NCBI GenBank assembly: GCA_051294375.1
Contig: CM119267.1
Span: 301,409-365,408 of the forward strand
Length of the DNA: 64,000 bases
Direction of reading: 5' to 3'
DNA from: Paraspadella gotoi
Lineage: Eukaryota > Animalia > Chaetognatha
The notes beneath the pieces are model-generated. The model had not been told where the DNA came from, made no database searches, and saw nothing but the letters and a program-made list of their open reading frames with translations. Position numbers and translations under genes: made by a program. Position 1 is the first letter of the stretch. Every line of letters starts with the position of its first letter. Of this stretch, positions 14,328-26,882 are shown piece by piece.

Positions 14328-15362
14328 TAGCCGGATCTGCTTACAGCAGATTCCGGCTCGATAATTCACTTAGTCGGTCCGTCGGTCAGCCACCACAATC
14401 TTGTCGGTAAGTCACTTATATCATCTCAGAACATCGAATTATAAAAAATTATGAAAAAAAAACCGATGACACTTCGTACTTCCGTCCGTCCGTCTGTCTG
14501 ACTGTCCATCCGTCCTCCCCCCTTAGCTTTGAACGCCATTAACTCATGAATAGATCGGGCGATTGACTTAAAATTTTATACGTGGCTAGGAAAGTGTGTG
14601 ATTCAGCTGGAAATCGAGTTTCGATGGAATCGTCCGAGTGGATATGAGTTTAAAACCTATTTCACTAATAAATTGATTTTTCTTTTTATATTAAATGTAA
14701 ATGCGAGCTGCATTAATTAATCAATTAATTAATCAAGTAATTAGGCAATCAATCAATTTATCAATCAATCAATAAAAAAATTAATCAATTGTCGTCTGTG
14801 TTATCATCTTTTTCATCGCCTTCTTCCTTGACGTTGCTTTTGTCGTAGATGCGGATAAGATTAATCAATTATTTAATAAATTAATTAATGATTAATTACT
14901 GCTTATAATCCTGGGAAGATCCGGCATTGTTGGCTCAAACTTGATTTATGTGATAATTTTGGTGATAATGCAGTTAATGATGGTTAATGTTTTTATGGTA
15001 GTTGTGGTTGTTTCGGTGGTAGCATTTGTAATATTCGTTATAATTGTAGTAGTAGTTGCTGCAACATATATTTACATTCCACATAAAATTAAAAAATATC
15101 ACATTAAATATTTAACGGTAATATGTTTTTTCCACCTAAACTCATTTCCACTCGGATAATTCCATCGAAACTTTATTTCCAGCTTAATCACATGTTTCTC
15201 AACCCAAAATTTCAAGTCAATCGCTGGATCCATTCATGAGTAATTAGCGTTCAAAGCTAAGGGAGGACGGACGGACGGATGGATAATTTATCATAATTTG
15301 ATCTATTTATGGGGCGGACGGACGGACCGACGAAGTGAATTATAGAGCCGAGATCTGCTGTA
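14328..15362. mobile_element. Foldback/MITE-like element with long imperfect inverted arms
   Basis: 14500-14652 is the degenerate reverse complement of 15137-15280. The outer ends (gccggatctgcttacagcagattccggctc / gagccgagatctgctgtag) also match 97-140. Confidence 0.6.
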
Positions 15363-15867
15363 GGCATTCCTTTATTCCTTTTGTCTCATACTAGTTCAAT
15401 CAAACTTTTAAAAAATTCTAAAATTATCCGAGTTAACTTTTTACTCACATTTCTTGATCCTATATTTTAAATCTTTACTAGCTTAAAAACTTTTTACTGT
15501 TGTTAAATGTATGTTGAATTAGTGATTTTAATTTCAATTGTAGGTGATTTAAATTTCAATTGAATTGACCTTTAGAGATTGTAACCCGTGAAAAATATGA
15601 TTGCATTCAAAGTTTGATGAGTTAGAATAATTTTTAAAATTTTTTTAGTTTTTATTCTAAGTATTTTAAAACACTTGTTACAGTGTTCCTAATACTTTTG
15701 TACACTTGTTTTTGTATATTATTGTTGGGTCACCTATACATCTATTTCTTTTTTTCAAGAAAAACTATTTTACTTTCTACTTCAGTTTAAAATAAAACTA
15801 CTTTTTTGTTTCTTGCAATGGTTTTTTTTTAATTCTTTTTTTCAGGCAAATTGGTACTCATTCAAAA

Positions 15868-18800
15868 ATGATCTCAACTTTATATGACTCGTCTTTTCTG
15901 CGACTCCCCATGCTTTCTGCCCTATCACCTACTTACCTTCAACATTTTACGTCACTTGCAATCTACGTAAAAGTTCACTCTCTCTATCTCGCTCTTCTCG
16001 TTTACTCATCGCCTCTTCCTCCATTGGACATTCCCAATGTAGATTTTTACAATATTCGTGAAAGAACATTTATTTGCAACGACCAGAAAGTCGTATCTTT
16101 ATCAATGGCGTCACATTGGAGTCTTGGACAGCGAGTCGTGTTATTAATCTGCCGAACGCTTAAGCATCCATTTTATCAAAGCTTTGGCTTCGGCAAGGGA
16201 TGCTTCATCAATATTCGCTTCCAATTGCCCAGAATATGCTGTCGTGTGTCTTGGCAGTCTTGTCAGTGGGTGGTGTTGTATCACCAGCCAACCCTCTTTG
16301 TCAACTGCGCAGCTTGAGAACCAAGTTAGTTTTAACTGTTTTAAAGAGATTCTTTTATGAGTTTGGTACTTATTTGATTTTTTGCGTTAACACTTACTCC
16401 TGCAGATAAGACAGCTGATGCAAAGTTCTTGCTTGTACAACAACTTGCTTATCGATTGCGGAAGAGGGTGTTTCATAAAACTAATCTCAGGAATATCATC
16501 GTAATGGATGGTGAATAAAGCATCCAAATTTCTGTCACTAAAGGCTATCATGAGAGATTGATGTTTCAAGTCGCCCATAAATTATTTCATAATTTCCCCT
16601 TAAAATTTGACTTTGATGAGAAAGCTGCTTTTCTCGTCTACAGCAGCGGTACGGACAGGTTTGCCAAAAAGCTGTTGTCTTAACACACAAGAACATTATT
16701 GCTAGTCAACTTCAAATGGACACATGAAATCTTCAAATCTGCTAATAAAGGTGGGATGAATTTTTTTTTTACAAAAAATTTACAATAAATTTTAAATTTT
16801 TACGATATATTAAATAAATATATAGAAAATAACAAGTAAAGCCGGATTCAAGTCAATTTAATTAATGTTATTAAGCAACAAGTTTTTTTGTCTTTAAATT
16901 CAAAATGGGTAATATTAGATGATAATATTAGATTTTATTATAATTTAAATTAAAATATTTAAAGTTTGAATTATCTAGTTTGTTTGCTTTAAAATTAATA
17001 CTATGTATGTTAGAGATGCACATACGGACTTGGGAACACGATTGAGCATCCTTCATATTAATTTCTCTTATTGTTGACTTCATCAATAACCGTAACGCCA
17101 TTAGTAGTATTAATTGGAAGTTAGTTGTAATTTAGGACAATCGAATAGCAATCAGTAAAAGCCATTGAGAAGAGCAATCAGCAGAGTGAAGAGCTGTGGA
17201 AGCTTCAAAAGCTACAAAAAAATAACCATTTTATTAATACTAATTCCACTATTTAATAATTTCAGTAAATCAATCAATTACCTTATGGTCCCAGGCGCAA
17301 TCTCTTCAAAAAAAAAAAAAATTGCCCTTTCTTTTATACAAAGACTAAATTTAATGGACCAATGAGAAAAAAGATCTTCTTTAAAATTATTGAGAATTCA
17401 ATCATTAATTATTATTGGTAGAATTCGACCAAGAGAGTAAAGATAATATAAAATCATTAAAGTTGAGACAAAAACCAATTGACGTGATTCAGATATTCAC
17501 GAAGAGAATTGTTTGATTTAAAATCATTTCTAACAATGTAGCTGGTTTTTTTTGGAAGGGTAATATTTTTGAATGCTTCAGAAGACTACGCAATAGAGTG
17601 GAGCACTCAAGAGCAAAAAAATTACTTGAATGACTGAACAAGTATATTCAGATGTGAGATAGTATGATTAACTAGTACAAAAAATATTTTTTTTGTATTG
17701 TCTCGGGAAACATAATAGTAAAATATAATATATTTGTAGTAATATCTTATAAAATAATACATTTAAAATTTTTTTTTTAAACTTTTTATTAAAGATTCAG
17801 ATTCTTCATAAAAAGTTGAATCAAAAATATAAAACATGTTATCAAATATTCTTTCTTCAGCATTTAAAATGGGGAAAAAAAGGTAAAAATTCATGACTTT
17901 TTTTATTTCTGTAGTAAAAACTTATATATGTTAAAACATTTTAGTCATTTTTTATGATCTAAACATTAGAATATCATATAACATATTTTATAAAAGTTTC
18001 TTAGTTTTTTATGGTAAATCCAAATCTGTTCTAAAAATTAAAAAAAATATTTTGAAATTTAACGATTTTTATAAGGATATTATTACATAAATAATTTAAT
18101 TTACTATACTGTTATGCTACAAAAATTTTAAAAGGATTTAAAATTTATTAATTACATGTCCATAGCGCAGCAAAAAAATAATATTCAATCACTCAATCTT
18201 TTCATCACTCCACCCTACTACGCAATTCACATTTATATTTTCTACTCCAGATGAATGCATAATGGGCCTGCTACCTTTCTGACCATGTCTACGGCTTGTT
18301 TTGAAGTCCTTTTCAATTTGACTTCTCATCATGTATGCGTCGTTACTCTTCCAGCTTTTAAGCCGGCCTCATTTTCTCTCTGCCATCCCAATTACAACCG
18401 CATAACGGTTGATGCATCTTTGTTCCAACTCTTGTAATTTTCCTAGCCAAGAATCCTCTGGTTGATGACTATGACGTGCTTTCCATTCGTACAATTTTTT
18501 GTGGTGCTGCACCATTGAGCGCCGATGAAGAATCTATGTTCAAACAACGATGCAATATTATTGATCATCGTCAAGGTACGCGGTTAACAGAAACGTCATC
18601 AATGGTGACAGCAATGTCTTCTTGTCCGAGGATGCAGCTCCCAGGCTCGAGTGGAATTTTAGTGCAGAACACGGAAGCACGAATTGTTGAATCCAGAAAA
18701 CGGGTCGAGATGCAAATGAAGAGGAACAAGGTGAGATTTTGGTACGAGGCCCACAAAATTATGAAAGGCTATTTGAACAATACGAGGGCATCGGAAGAAA

Positions 18801-19221
18801 GTTTTGTAAAGTTGGGTTTCAAACGGGAGATATTGGCGGTTTTCATCCGAAGGTCAACTTATATTACTGGGCGTTTAAAGGAAATGAATCAAGTACAAAG
18901 GAGACATCAAATTGCGCCGGTGGAGTTGGAATCGCTTCTCTTGACGCATCCTGATGTTGTTGATGCTGCTCGTTTTTGAGATAAATGCTTCAGAGGATGT
19001 AGGAGAACTGCCTAAAGCATTCATTTGTTCTGAGAGAGGGGTAAAAAATGGTGACGAAAGCTCATGTTCAAGAATTCATGAATCAAAGAATTAAGTCACA
19101 TATGAGTTGCGAGGCGGAGTGCAGTTTCTTGGATAAAAATTCCGAGCATCTTCGTGGAAAAATCTTAAGAGGAAACTTAAGTGAAAAAAAAAACATTTTC
19201 AGTAATAAAGGCATTGGGTAG
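15868..19221 (+). CDS. ACS-3, copy a (indel-riddled): exons 15868-16324, 16406-16750, 18251-~19221
   Basis: Near-identical to 23231-26551 but with many 1-bp indels; YSSGTxG and CGAAPL motifs are recognisable. This is the only copy showing exon 1. Confidence 0.7.
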
Positions 19222-19559
19222 CCTTAATTATATACGTGTTGTAGATTTATAGATTTTCTAATTTTGTTATATTCCCATGTCTACCCAACGTTTTAAATCC
19301 TGACCATGATACCTATTGATTGTTTACAATTTCTTGTAATAATAAGTGTTTTCATTTTATGATATAGATTATTCTCTTTCTTTGCGATGGGGCTGTTGTA
19401 ATATGTAATGAAATACACATATTGACACCATTTTTTAATTGAAAATTGGGCTCTCAATATATTGTTGTTTTCTCCGAATATTGTTTTATTACAATTTATT
19501 ACGTGTAGTAAGCGAATTTGTTTGCTATTTTTGTTTTTCATTTTATACCGTTTACACAG

Positions 19560-22487
19560 ATGTTGTCAAATTGCATTCTTTCGTTCTTCCCGTGGGTACA
19601 TATTAATCTCTTCGATCTTCCATCAAAAACACTTGCGTCATGGACGCAAGCTCAATTCCTCACTCAGGAAACAATCGAGGTTTCATTTTCAGATGTTCGT
19701 CCTTAATTTCTTTCTCCACACCGCAAACCCGTCAATAAGCTCAGCCATTCTCTCCCGCTCACTAGTCTACTCGTCCAATCTTCCCCCATAGAAATCCCCG
19801 ATGTGGATTTGTACAGTTTCGTCAAAGAGTCCACGTCGTCATCCTGAGGATAAACTTTCATCAATGGAATCACTTTGGAATCTTGGACCCGCGAGGACGG
19901 TTGATTCTAGCAGCGAACGAGTTGCTGGAGTTCTGCAGAGATTAGAGCTTCAACAAGGGATAGTCTTCTGATTTTTGCGACCAACTGCCCGGAATAGTAT
20001 TTGCTGTTTGTGTTTGGCCGCATTGTCGCTGGGAGGCGTCGTGTCTCCAGCTAATACGTCTTATGTTCCTTTACAGCTTCAATCGCAGGTATGCTATGTA
20101 ATTTAAACAAATGTATAAAGGATAAATTATTTCATTGTTTTATTCTTTCGCAAGATTGAAGTTTCCAAAGCATCGACCTCGTCTTCACCTCCAACTTGAC
20201 AACAACAGCGACGAAAGTCTTTCGTGATTCCGACCAACTCAAAATCTTCTCGTCATAGACGGCGACGCCAGGGAAAGACTTTGCGTCCCTGAAGGAACAT
20301 TATGGTCGACAGCGCCAATGCTGAATCGTCTCAGTTAGTGGCACCAAAAAACTAGATGCCGCCAATGCTACGGCTTTCCTTCCCTTCAGCAGCGGAACGA
20401 CTGGTCTGGCCAAAAGGCGTCATTTTGACTCACAGGAACATCGTGGCCAATCAAGTTCACCAGCTTCATGACGACTTTAAAATCGGCGAGACCAGGCGAG
20501 CATAAAAATTACAGAGTTTATCTAAAAATTGCTTATCCTCCCATTTTGTCTTCTTTCGGTCATCTTGACAAATTTTTGATGGAACAAATTTTTGGGTTTC
20601 CTCCCAAATGTCACAGAATTGCTTAGCAACCTTCAAATCATTCATGATAACTCTCTGAGCCCTGTTTTCTTTTATCCAAGTTTCTTTCCAACACCCCAGT
20701 CCTCTTTGACTTTCAATTCACTCCTTCAGGCGAATGCGTCTTAGGACTTCTCCCCTTCACCACCTTTATGGTCTTCGGTCATTCTCATCAACCTCACACT
20801 TCATTCGCGCATGCGTCGTGACTCTTCCAGAATTCACCCCGGAATCCTTTCTCGGTGCAATTCAACGTCACCGCATTGGAGTTCGAATATAAAGAGATTG
20901 GCGATTTATCAAATAAAAATTTTATCAGTTTGCATCAACACTAAATCAATATTTTTTTGTTTCAGTGCCTTACATAGCCCACCGCTCGTTCATATTCCTG
21001 ACCAAACATCCTCTTGGGACAATTTTGACATTTCTTCGGTCAGGGCGGGTAGTTGTGCTGCGGAGCTTGCAGCGCTTGCGGGAGGGAACGGAGGCGGCGC
21101 TGCGGTCCCGCTGCGGTCTGGAGGATCTGCGTCAGGTATTGAGGGGCGATTTATTTATTTAATTTATTAATCTAATACGTTCTCCTTGGGCTACGGTCTC
21201 ACCAGATTCCCCACCCTGACCATGACTCCGCGCGGCCGGAGATGCAAACGCGCCGGCTCCAGCGGAGCGTCTGCTGCAAAATACTGAAGGCGCGGATCGT
21301 TAATGCGGAAACTGGAGAGGATTTGGATAAGAGAGGCTCAGGGTAAAAGGTAGTAATAGGATAATAATAGGCGCGTTAGGTGGTTAATAGAGTGAGTTAA
21401 TCGGGCGGTGAGGTAGGTTATATGATAAACGTCTCTTTGATTAATGGCAGATAAAGATTTGGTTGAATAGAGAAAAAAGAGGAGTTGCAATATTTAAAAC
21501 CCATCTTTTAAAAACAGAAAATCATCTGTACTAATATTCTTCTTACCCCCAACATTTTTTTTACAAAATGATTAAATTTATTAACTTATACACAAAATAC
21601 TTGAAAAATTACAAATTTAAAAAAAAAAAAGATTGAATTTAAACATCTTGTATTGTTCATCACCAGGAGAAATTTGGGTTCGAGCGTCCTCAAGTAATGA
21701 AGGGCTACTTGAACAATGAAGAGGCGGACTGCTCTTGTCTGGTGACGGTGGTTCCGGACGGGGCGACTTGGGGTATTTTACTAAAGATGGACACCTTTAT
21801 GTCACGGAGTTGAATGGATAATTATTATTTTACTTTTTAAATTAATTAATATTTATGTAATACTTAAACCGGGTCAGATTCATTCCAATTTTTAAGTTCA
21901 TTTTATCTTTTAAAAAATGATTTTAACTCTTCGTGAACACAGTATTTAAGCTCAGATTATTAAATTTATAAATAATAGATTATAATATAATACTATCCAG
22001 CCAACTATTAAAATGAAAGTTTTATATGGATACTAATTAATATAATTAACACGCAATTAACATGCGCTTACTTTAATTACTCTTTTTTTTATTAATACCC
22101 TGATAAATAAATAACTATTTAACTAATAATAACCTTTATTGACCAAGCCTTCCTTTCCAGGTGCCTCAGAAAGAATTGATTCAGTACAAAGGCCATTCAA
22201 GTTCCTCCAGCAGAAATATTAGACGGCTGTGCTTCTCACTCATCCCGAGATCGCCGACGCCGCCGTCATTCGGCGTCTCCGCTTCGGGAAGTGGAGGAGC
22301 TCCCCAAAGCCTTTCGTGGTCTCGAAGGGCGAAAGCCATGAGGCGCGTTGGGAGAGCGGAAGTTGCATCTTGTCGTGTGGATGAGATGGCGTCTCGTCGC
22401 AGATGAGGCTTCGTGGAGGGATCGAGTTTTGTGGAGGAATCCCGAAACGCCTCCGGAAAGATCTTGAGGAGGCGAGTTGCCAGTTTA
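19560..22487 (+). CDS. ACS-4, copy a (indel-riddled; redundant read-derived copy or pseudogene)
   Basis: Colinear with 26883-29793, including introns, with frequent single-base indels. Confidence 0.6.
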
Positions 22488-22907
22488 AAGACTCAGGGCG
22501 CAGTTGAAAAAAATTTGATTTTGTGGGTATGTGAATTCGATCAAGAGAAGAGCAAGAATGATTTATTCTTCACTACCACAATTTCACAATAATCCAAATA
22601 AATCATTCATAAAAATATATTAATATAAATATTAAAATTAAATTAATTTGATAATATTATTTTTTATTTGTTTATAAAAAAAAATTGTTAATTTTATTTA
22701 AACAATGCTTAGGAGGAACAATTCAAAAGTTTAAATTTTAAAAAAAAATTTTAAATTTAAATAAATATATGTTTTTTGAAGTTTTTATACATAAATAGCT
22801 ATTTCAATAAATAATTTTTTAGTATTATCTGTTATCAATGGATAACCCATATAAATTTTTATCAAAGAGATTCTCTCTCTTNNNNNNNNNNNNNNNNNNN
22901 NNNNNNC

Positions 22908-25900
22908 CTTAAAATTTGACTTTGATGAGAAAGCTGCTTTTCTCGTCTACAGCAGCGGTACGACAGGTTTGCCAAAAGCTGTTGTCTTAACACACAAGAA
23001 CATTATTGCTAGTCAACTTCAAATGACACATGAAATCTTCAAATCTGCTAATAAAGGTGGGATGAATTTTTTTTTTACAAAAAATTTACAATAAATTTTA
23101 AATTTTTTTACGATATATTAAATAAATATATAGAAAATACAAGTAAGCCGGATTCAAGTCAATTTAATTAATGTATTAAGCAACAAGTTTTTTGTCTTTT
23201 AAATTCAAAATGGTAATATTNNNNNNNNNNTTTTAACTGTTTTAAGAGATTCTTTTTATGAGTTTGGTACTTATTGATTTTTTGGGTTAACACTTACGTC
23301 CTGCAGATAAAGACAGCTGATGCAAAGTTTCTTGCTTGTACAAACAACTTGTTATCGATTGCGGAAGAGGTGTTTCATAAAACTAATCTCAGGAATATCA
23401 TCGTAATGGATGGTGATAAAGCATCCAAATTTCTGTCACTAAAGGCTATCATGAGAGATGATGTTCAAGTCGCCCATAAATTATTTCATAATTTCCCCTT
23501 AAAATTTGACTTTGATGAGAAAGCTGCTTTTCTCGNNNNNNNNNNNNNNNNNNNNNNNNNNNNNNNNNNNNNNNNNNNNNNNNNNNNNNNNNNNNNNNNN
23601 NNNNNNNNNNNNNNNNNNNNNNNNNNNNNNNNNNNNNNNNNNNNNNNNNNNNNNNNNNNNNNNNNNNNNNNNNNNNNNNNNNNNNNNNNNNNNNNNNNNN
23701 NNNNNNNNNNNNNNNNNNNNNNNNNNNNNNNNNNNNNNNNNNNNNNNNNNNNNNNNNNNNNNNNNNNNNNNNNNNNNNNNNNNNNNNNNNNNNNNNNNNN
23801 NNNNNNNNNNNNNNNNNNNNNNNNNNNNNNNNNNNNNNNNNNNNNNNNNNNNNNNNNNNNNNNNNNNNNNNNNNNNNNNNNNNNNNNNNNNNCAAAATGG
23901 TAATATTAGATGATAATATTAGATTTTATTATAATTTAATTATGTATAGACTTTCGATTTCGTTGTTTTTTAGCATNNNNNNNNNNNNNNNNNNNNNNNN
24001 NNNNNNNNNNNNNNNNNNNNNNNNNNNNNNNNNNNNNNNNNNNNNNNNNNNNNNNNNNNNNNNNNNNNNNNNNNNNNNNNNNNNNNNNNNNNNNNNNNNN
24101 NNNNNNNNNNNNNNNNNNNNNNNNNNNNNNNNNNNNNNNNNNNNNNNNNNNNNNNNNNNNNNNNNNNNNNNNNNNNNNNNNNNNNNNNNNNNNNNNNNNN
24201 NNNNNNNNNNNNNNNNNNNNNNNNNNNNNNNNNNNNNNNNNNNNNNNNNNNNNNNNNNNNNNNNNNNNNNNNNNNNNNNNNNNNNNNNNNNNNNTTAATT
24301 AAAATATTTAAGTTTGAATAATCTAGTTTTGTTGCTTTAAAATTTAATACTATGTATGTTAGAGATTGCACATTACGGACTTGGGAACACGATTGAGCAT
24401 CCTTCATATTAATTTCTCTATTGTTGACTCATCAATAACCGTAACGCCATTAGTAGTATTAATTGAAGTTAGTTGTAATTTAGGACAATCGAAATAGCAA
24501 TCAGTAAAGCCATTGGAAGAGCAATCAGAAGAGTGGAAGAGCTGTGGAAGCTCAAAAGCTACAAAAAATAACCATTTATTAATACTAATTCCACTATTTA
24601 ATAATTTCAGTAAATCAATCAATTACCTTATGGTCCCAGGGCAATCTCTTCAAAAAATAAAAGTTGCCCTTTCTTTTATACAAAGACTAAATTTAATGGA
24701 CCAATGAGAAAAAAGATCTTCTTTAAAATTATTGAGAATTCAATCATTAATTATTATTGGTAGAATTCGACCAATGAGAGTAAAGATAATATAAAATCAT
24801 TAAAGTTGAGACAAAAACCAATTGACGTGATTCAGATATTCACGAAGAGAATTTGTTTGATTTAAAATCATTTCTAACAATGTAGCTGGTTTTTTTTGGA
24901 AGGGTAATATTTTTGAATGCTTCAGAAGACTACGCAATAGAGTGGAGCACTCAAGAGCAAAAAAATTACTTGAATGACTGAACAAGTATATTCAGATGTG
25001 AGATAGTATGATTAACTAGTACAAAAAATATTTTTTTTGTATTGTCTCGGGAACATAATAGTAAAATATAATATATTTGTAGTAATATTCTTATAAAATA
25101 ATACATTTAAAATTTTTTTTTTTAAACTTTTATTAAAGATTCAGATTCTTCATAAAAAGTTGAATCAAAAATATAAAACATGTTATCAAATATTCTTTCT
25201 TCAGCATTTAAAATGGGAAAAAAGGTAAAAATTCATGACTTTTTTATTCTCTGTAGTAAAAACTTATATATGTTAAAACATTTTAGTCATTTTTTATGAT
25301 CTAAACATTAGAATATCATATAACATATTTTATAAAAGTTTCTTAGTTTTTTATGGTAAATCCAAATCTGTTCTTAAAAATTAAAAAAAATATTTTGAAA
25401 TTTAACGATTTTATAAGGATATTATTACATAAATAATTTAATTTACTATACTGTTATGCTACAAAAATTTTTAAAAGGATTTAAAATTTATTAATTACAT
25501 GTCCATAGGCAGCAAAAAAATAATATTCAATCACTCAATCTTTTCATCACTCCACCCTACTACGCAATTCACATTTATATTTTCTACTCCAGATGAATGC
25601 ATAATGGGCCTGCTACCTTTCTACCATGTCTACGGCTTGTTTGAAGTCCTTTTCAATTTGACTCTCCATCATGTATGCGTCGTTACTCTTCCAGCTTTTA
25701 AGCCGGCCTCATTTCTATCTGCCATCCAATTACACCGCATAACGGTGATGCATCTTGTTCCAACTCTTGTAATTTTCCTAGCCAAGAATCCTCTGGTTGA
25801 TGACTATGACGTGTCTTCCATTCGTACAATTTTTTGTGGTGCTGCACCATTGAGCGCCGATGAAGAATCTATGTTCAAACAACGATGCAATATTATTGAT

Positions 25901-26551
25901 CATCGTCAAGGTTACGGGTTAACAGAAACGTCATCAATGGTGACAGCAATGTCTTCTTGTCCGAGGATGCAGCTCCCAGGCTCGAGTGGAATTTTAGTGC
26001 AGAACACGGAAGCACGAATTGTGAATCCAGAAACGGGTCGAGATGCAAATGAAGAGGAACAAGGTGAGATTTTGGTACGAGGCCCACAAATTATGAAAGG
26101 CTATTTGAACAATACGAGGGCATCGGAAGAAAGTTTTGTAGAAGGTTGGTTTCAAACGGGAGATATTGGACGGTTTTCATCCGAAGGTCAACTTTATATT
26201 ACTGGGCGTTTAAAGGAAATGATCAAGTACAAAGGACATCAAATTGCGCCGGTGGAGTTGGAATCGCTTCTCTTGACGCATCCTGATGTTGTTGATGCTG
26301 CTGTTGTTGGAGTAAATGCTTCAGAGGATGTAGGAGAACTGCCTAAAGCATTCATTGTTCTGAGAGATGGGGTAAAAAATGTTGACGAAGCTCATGTTCA
26401 AGAATTCATGAATCAAAGAATAATGTCACATATGAGGTTGCGAGGCGGAGTGCAGTTCTTGGATAAAATTCCGAGGTCATCTTCGGGAAAAATCTTAAGA
26501 GGAAACTTAAGTGAAAAAAAAAACATTTTCAGTAATAAAGGCATTGGGTAG
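22908..26551 (+). CDS. ACS-3, copy b: exon 2 split across gapped, misordered fragments (23307-23535 and 22908-23056); last exon 25593-26551 intact
   Basis: [12 protein letters not shown] in the 22908 fragment. ORF 25499-26551 has LPFYHVYG, CGAAPL, QGYGLTE, QTGDIG, GRLKEMIKYKGHQIAPVELE and IPRSSSGKILR. Confidence 0.88.
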
Positions 26552-26882
26552 CCTTAATTATTATAGTGTTGTAGATTTATAGATTTTCTAATTTTGTTAT
26601 ATTCCCATGTCTACCCAACGTTTTAAATCCTGACCATGATACCTATTGATTGTTACAATTTCTGTAATAATAAGTGTTTCATTTTATGATATAGATTATT
26701 CTCTTTCTTTGCGATGGGGCTGTTGTAATATGTAATGAAATACACATATGACACCATTTTTTAATTGAAAATTGGCTCTCAATATATTGTTGTTTCTCCG
26801 AATATTGTTTATTACAATTTATTACGTGTAGTAAGCGAATTTGTTTGCTATTTTGTTTTTCATTTTATACCGTTTTACACAG

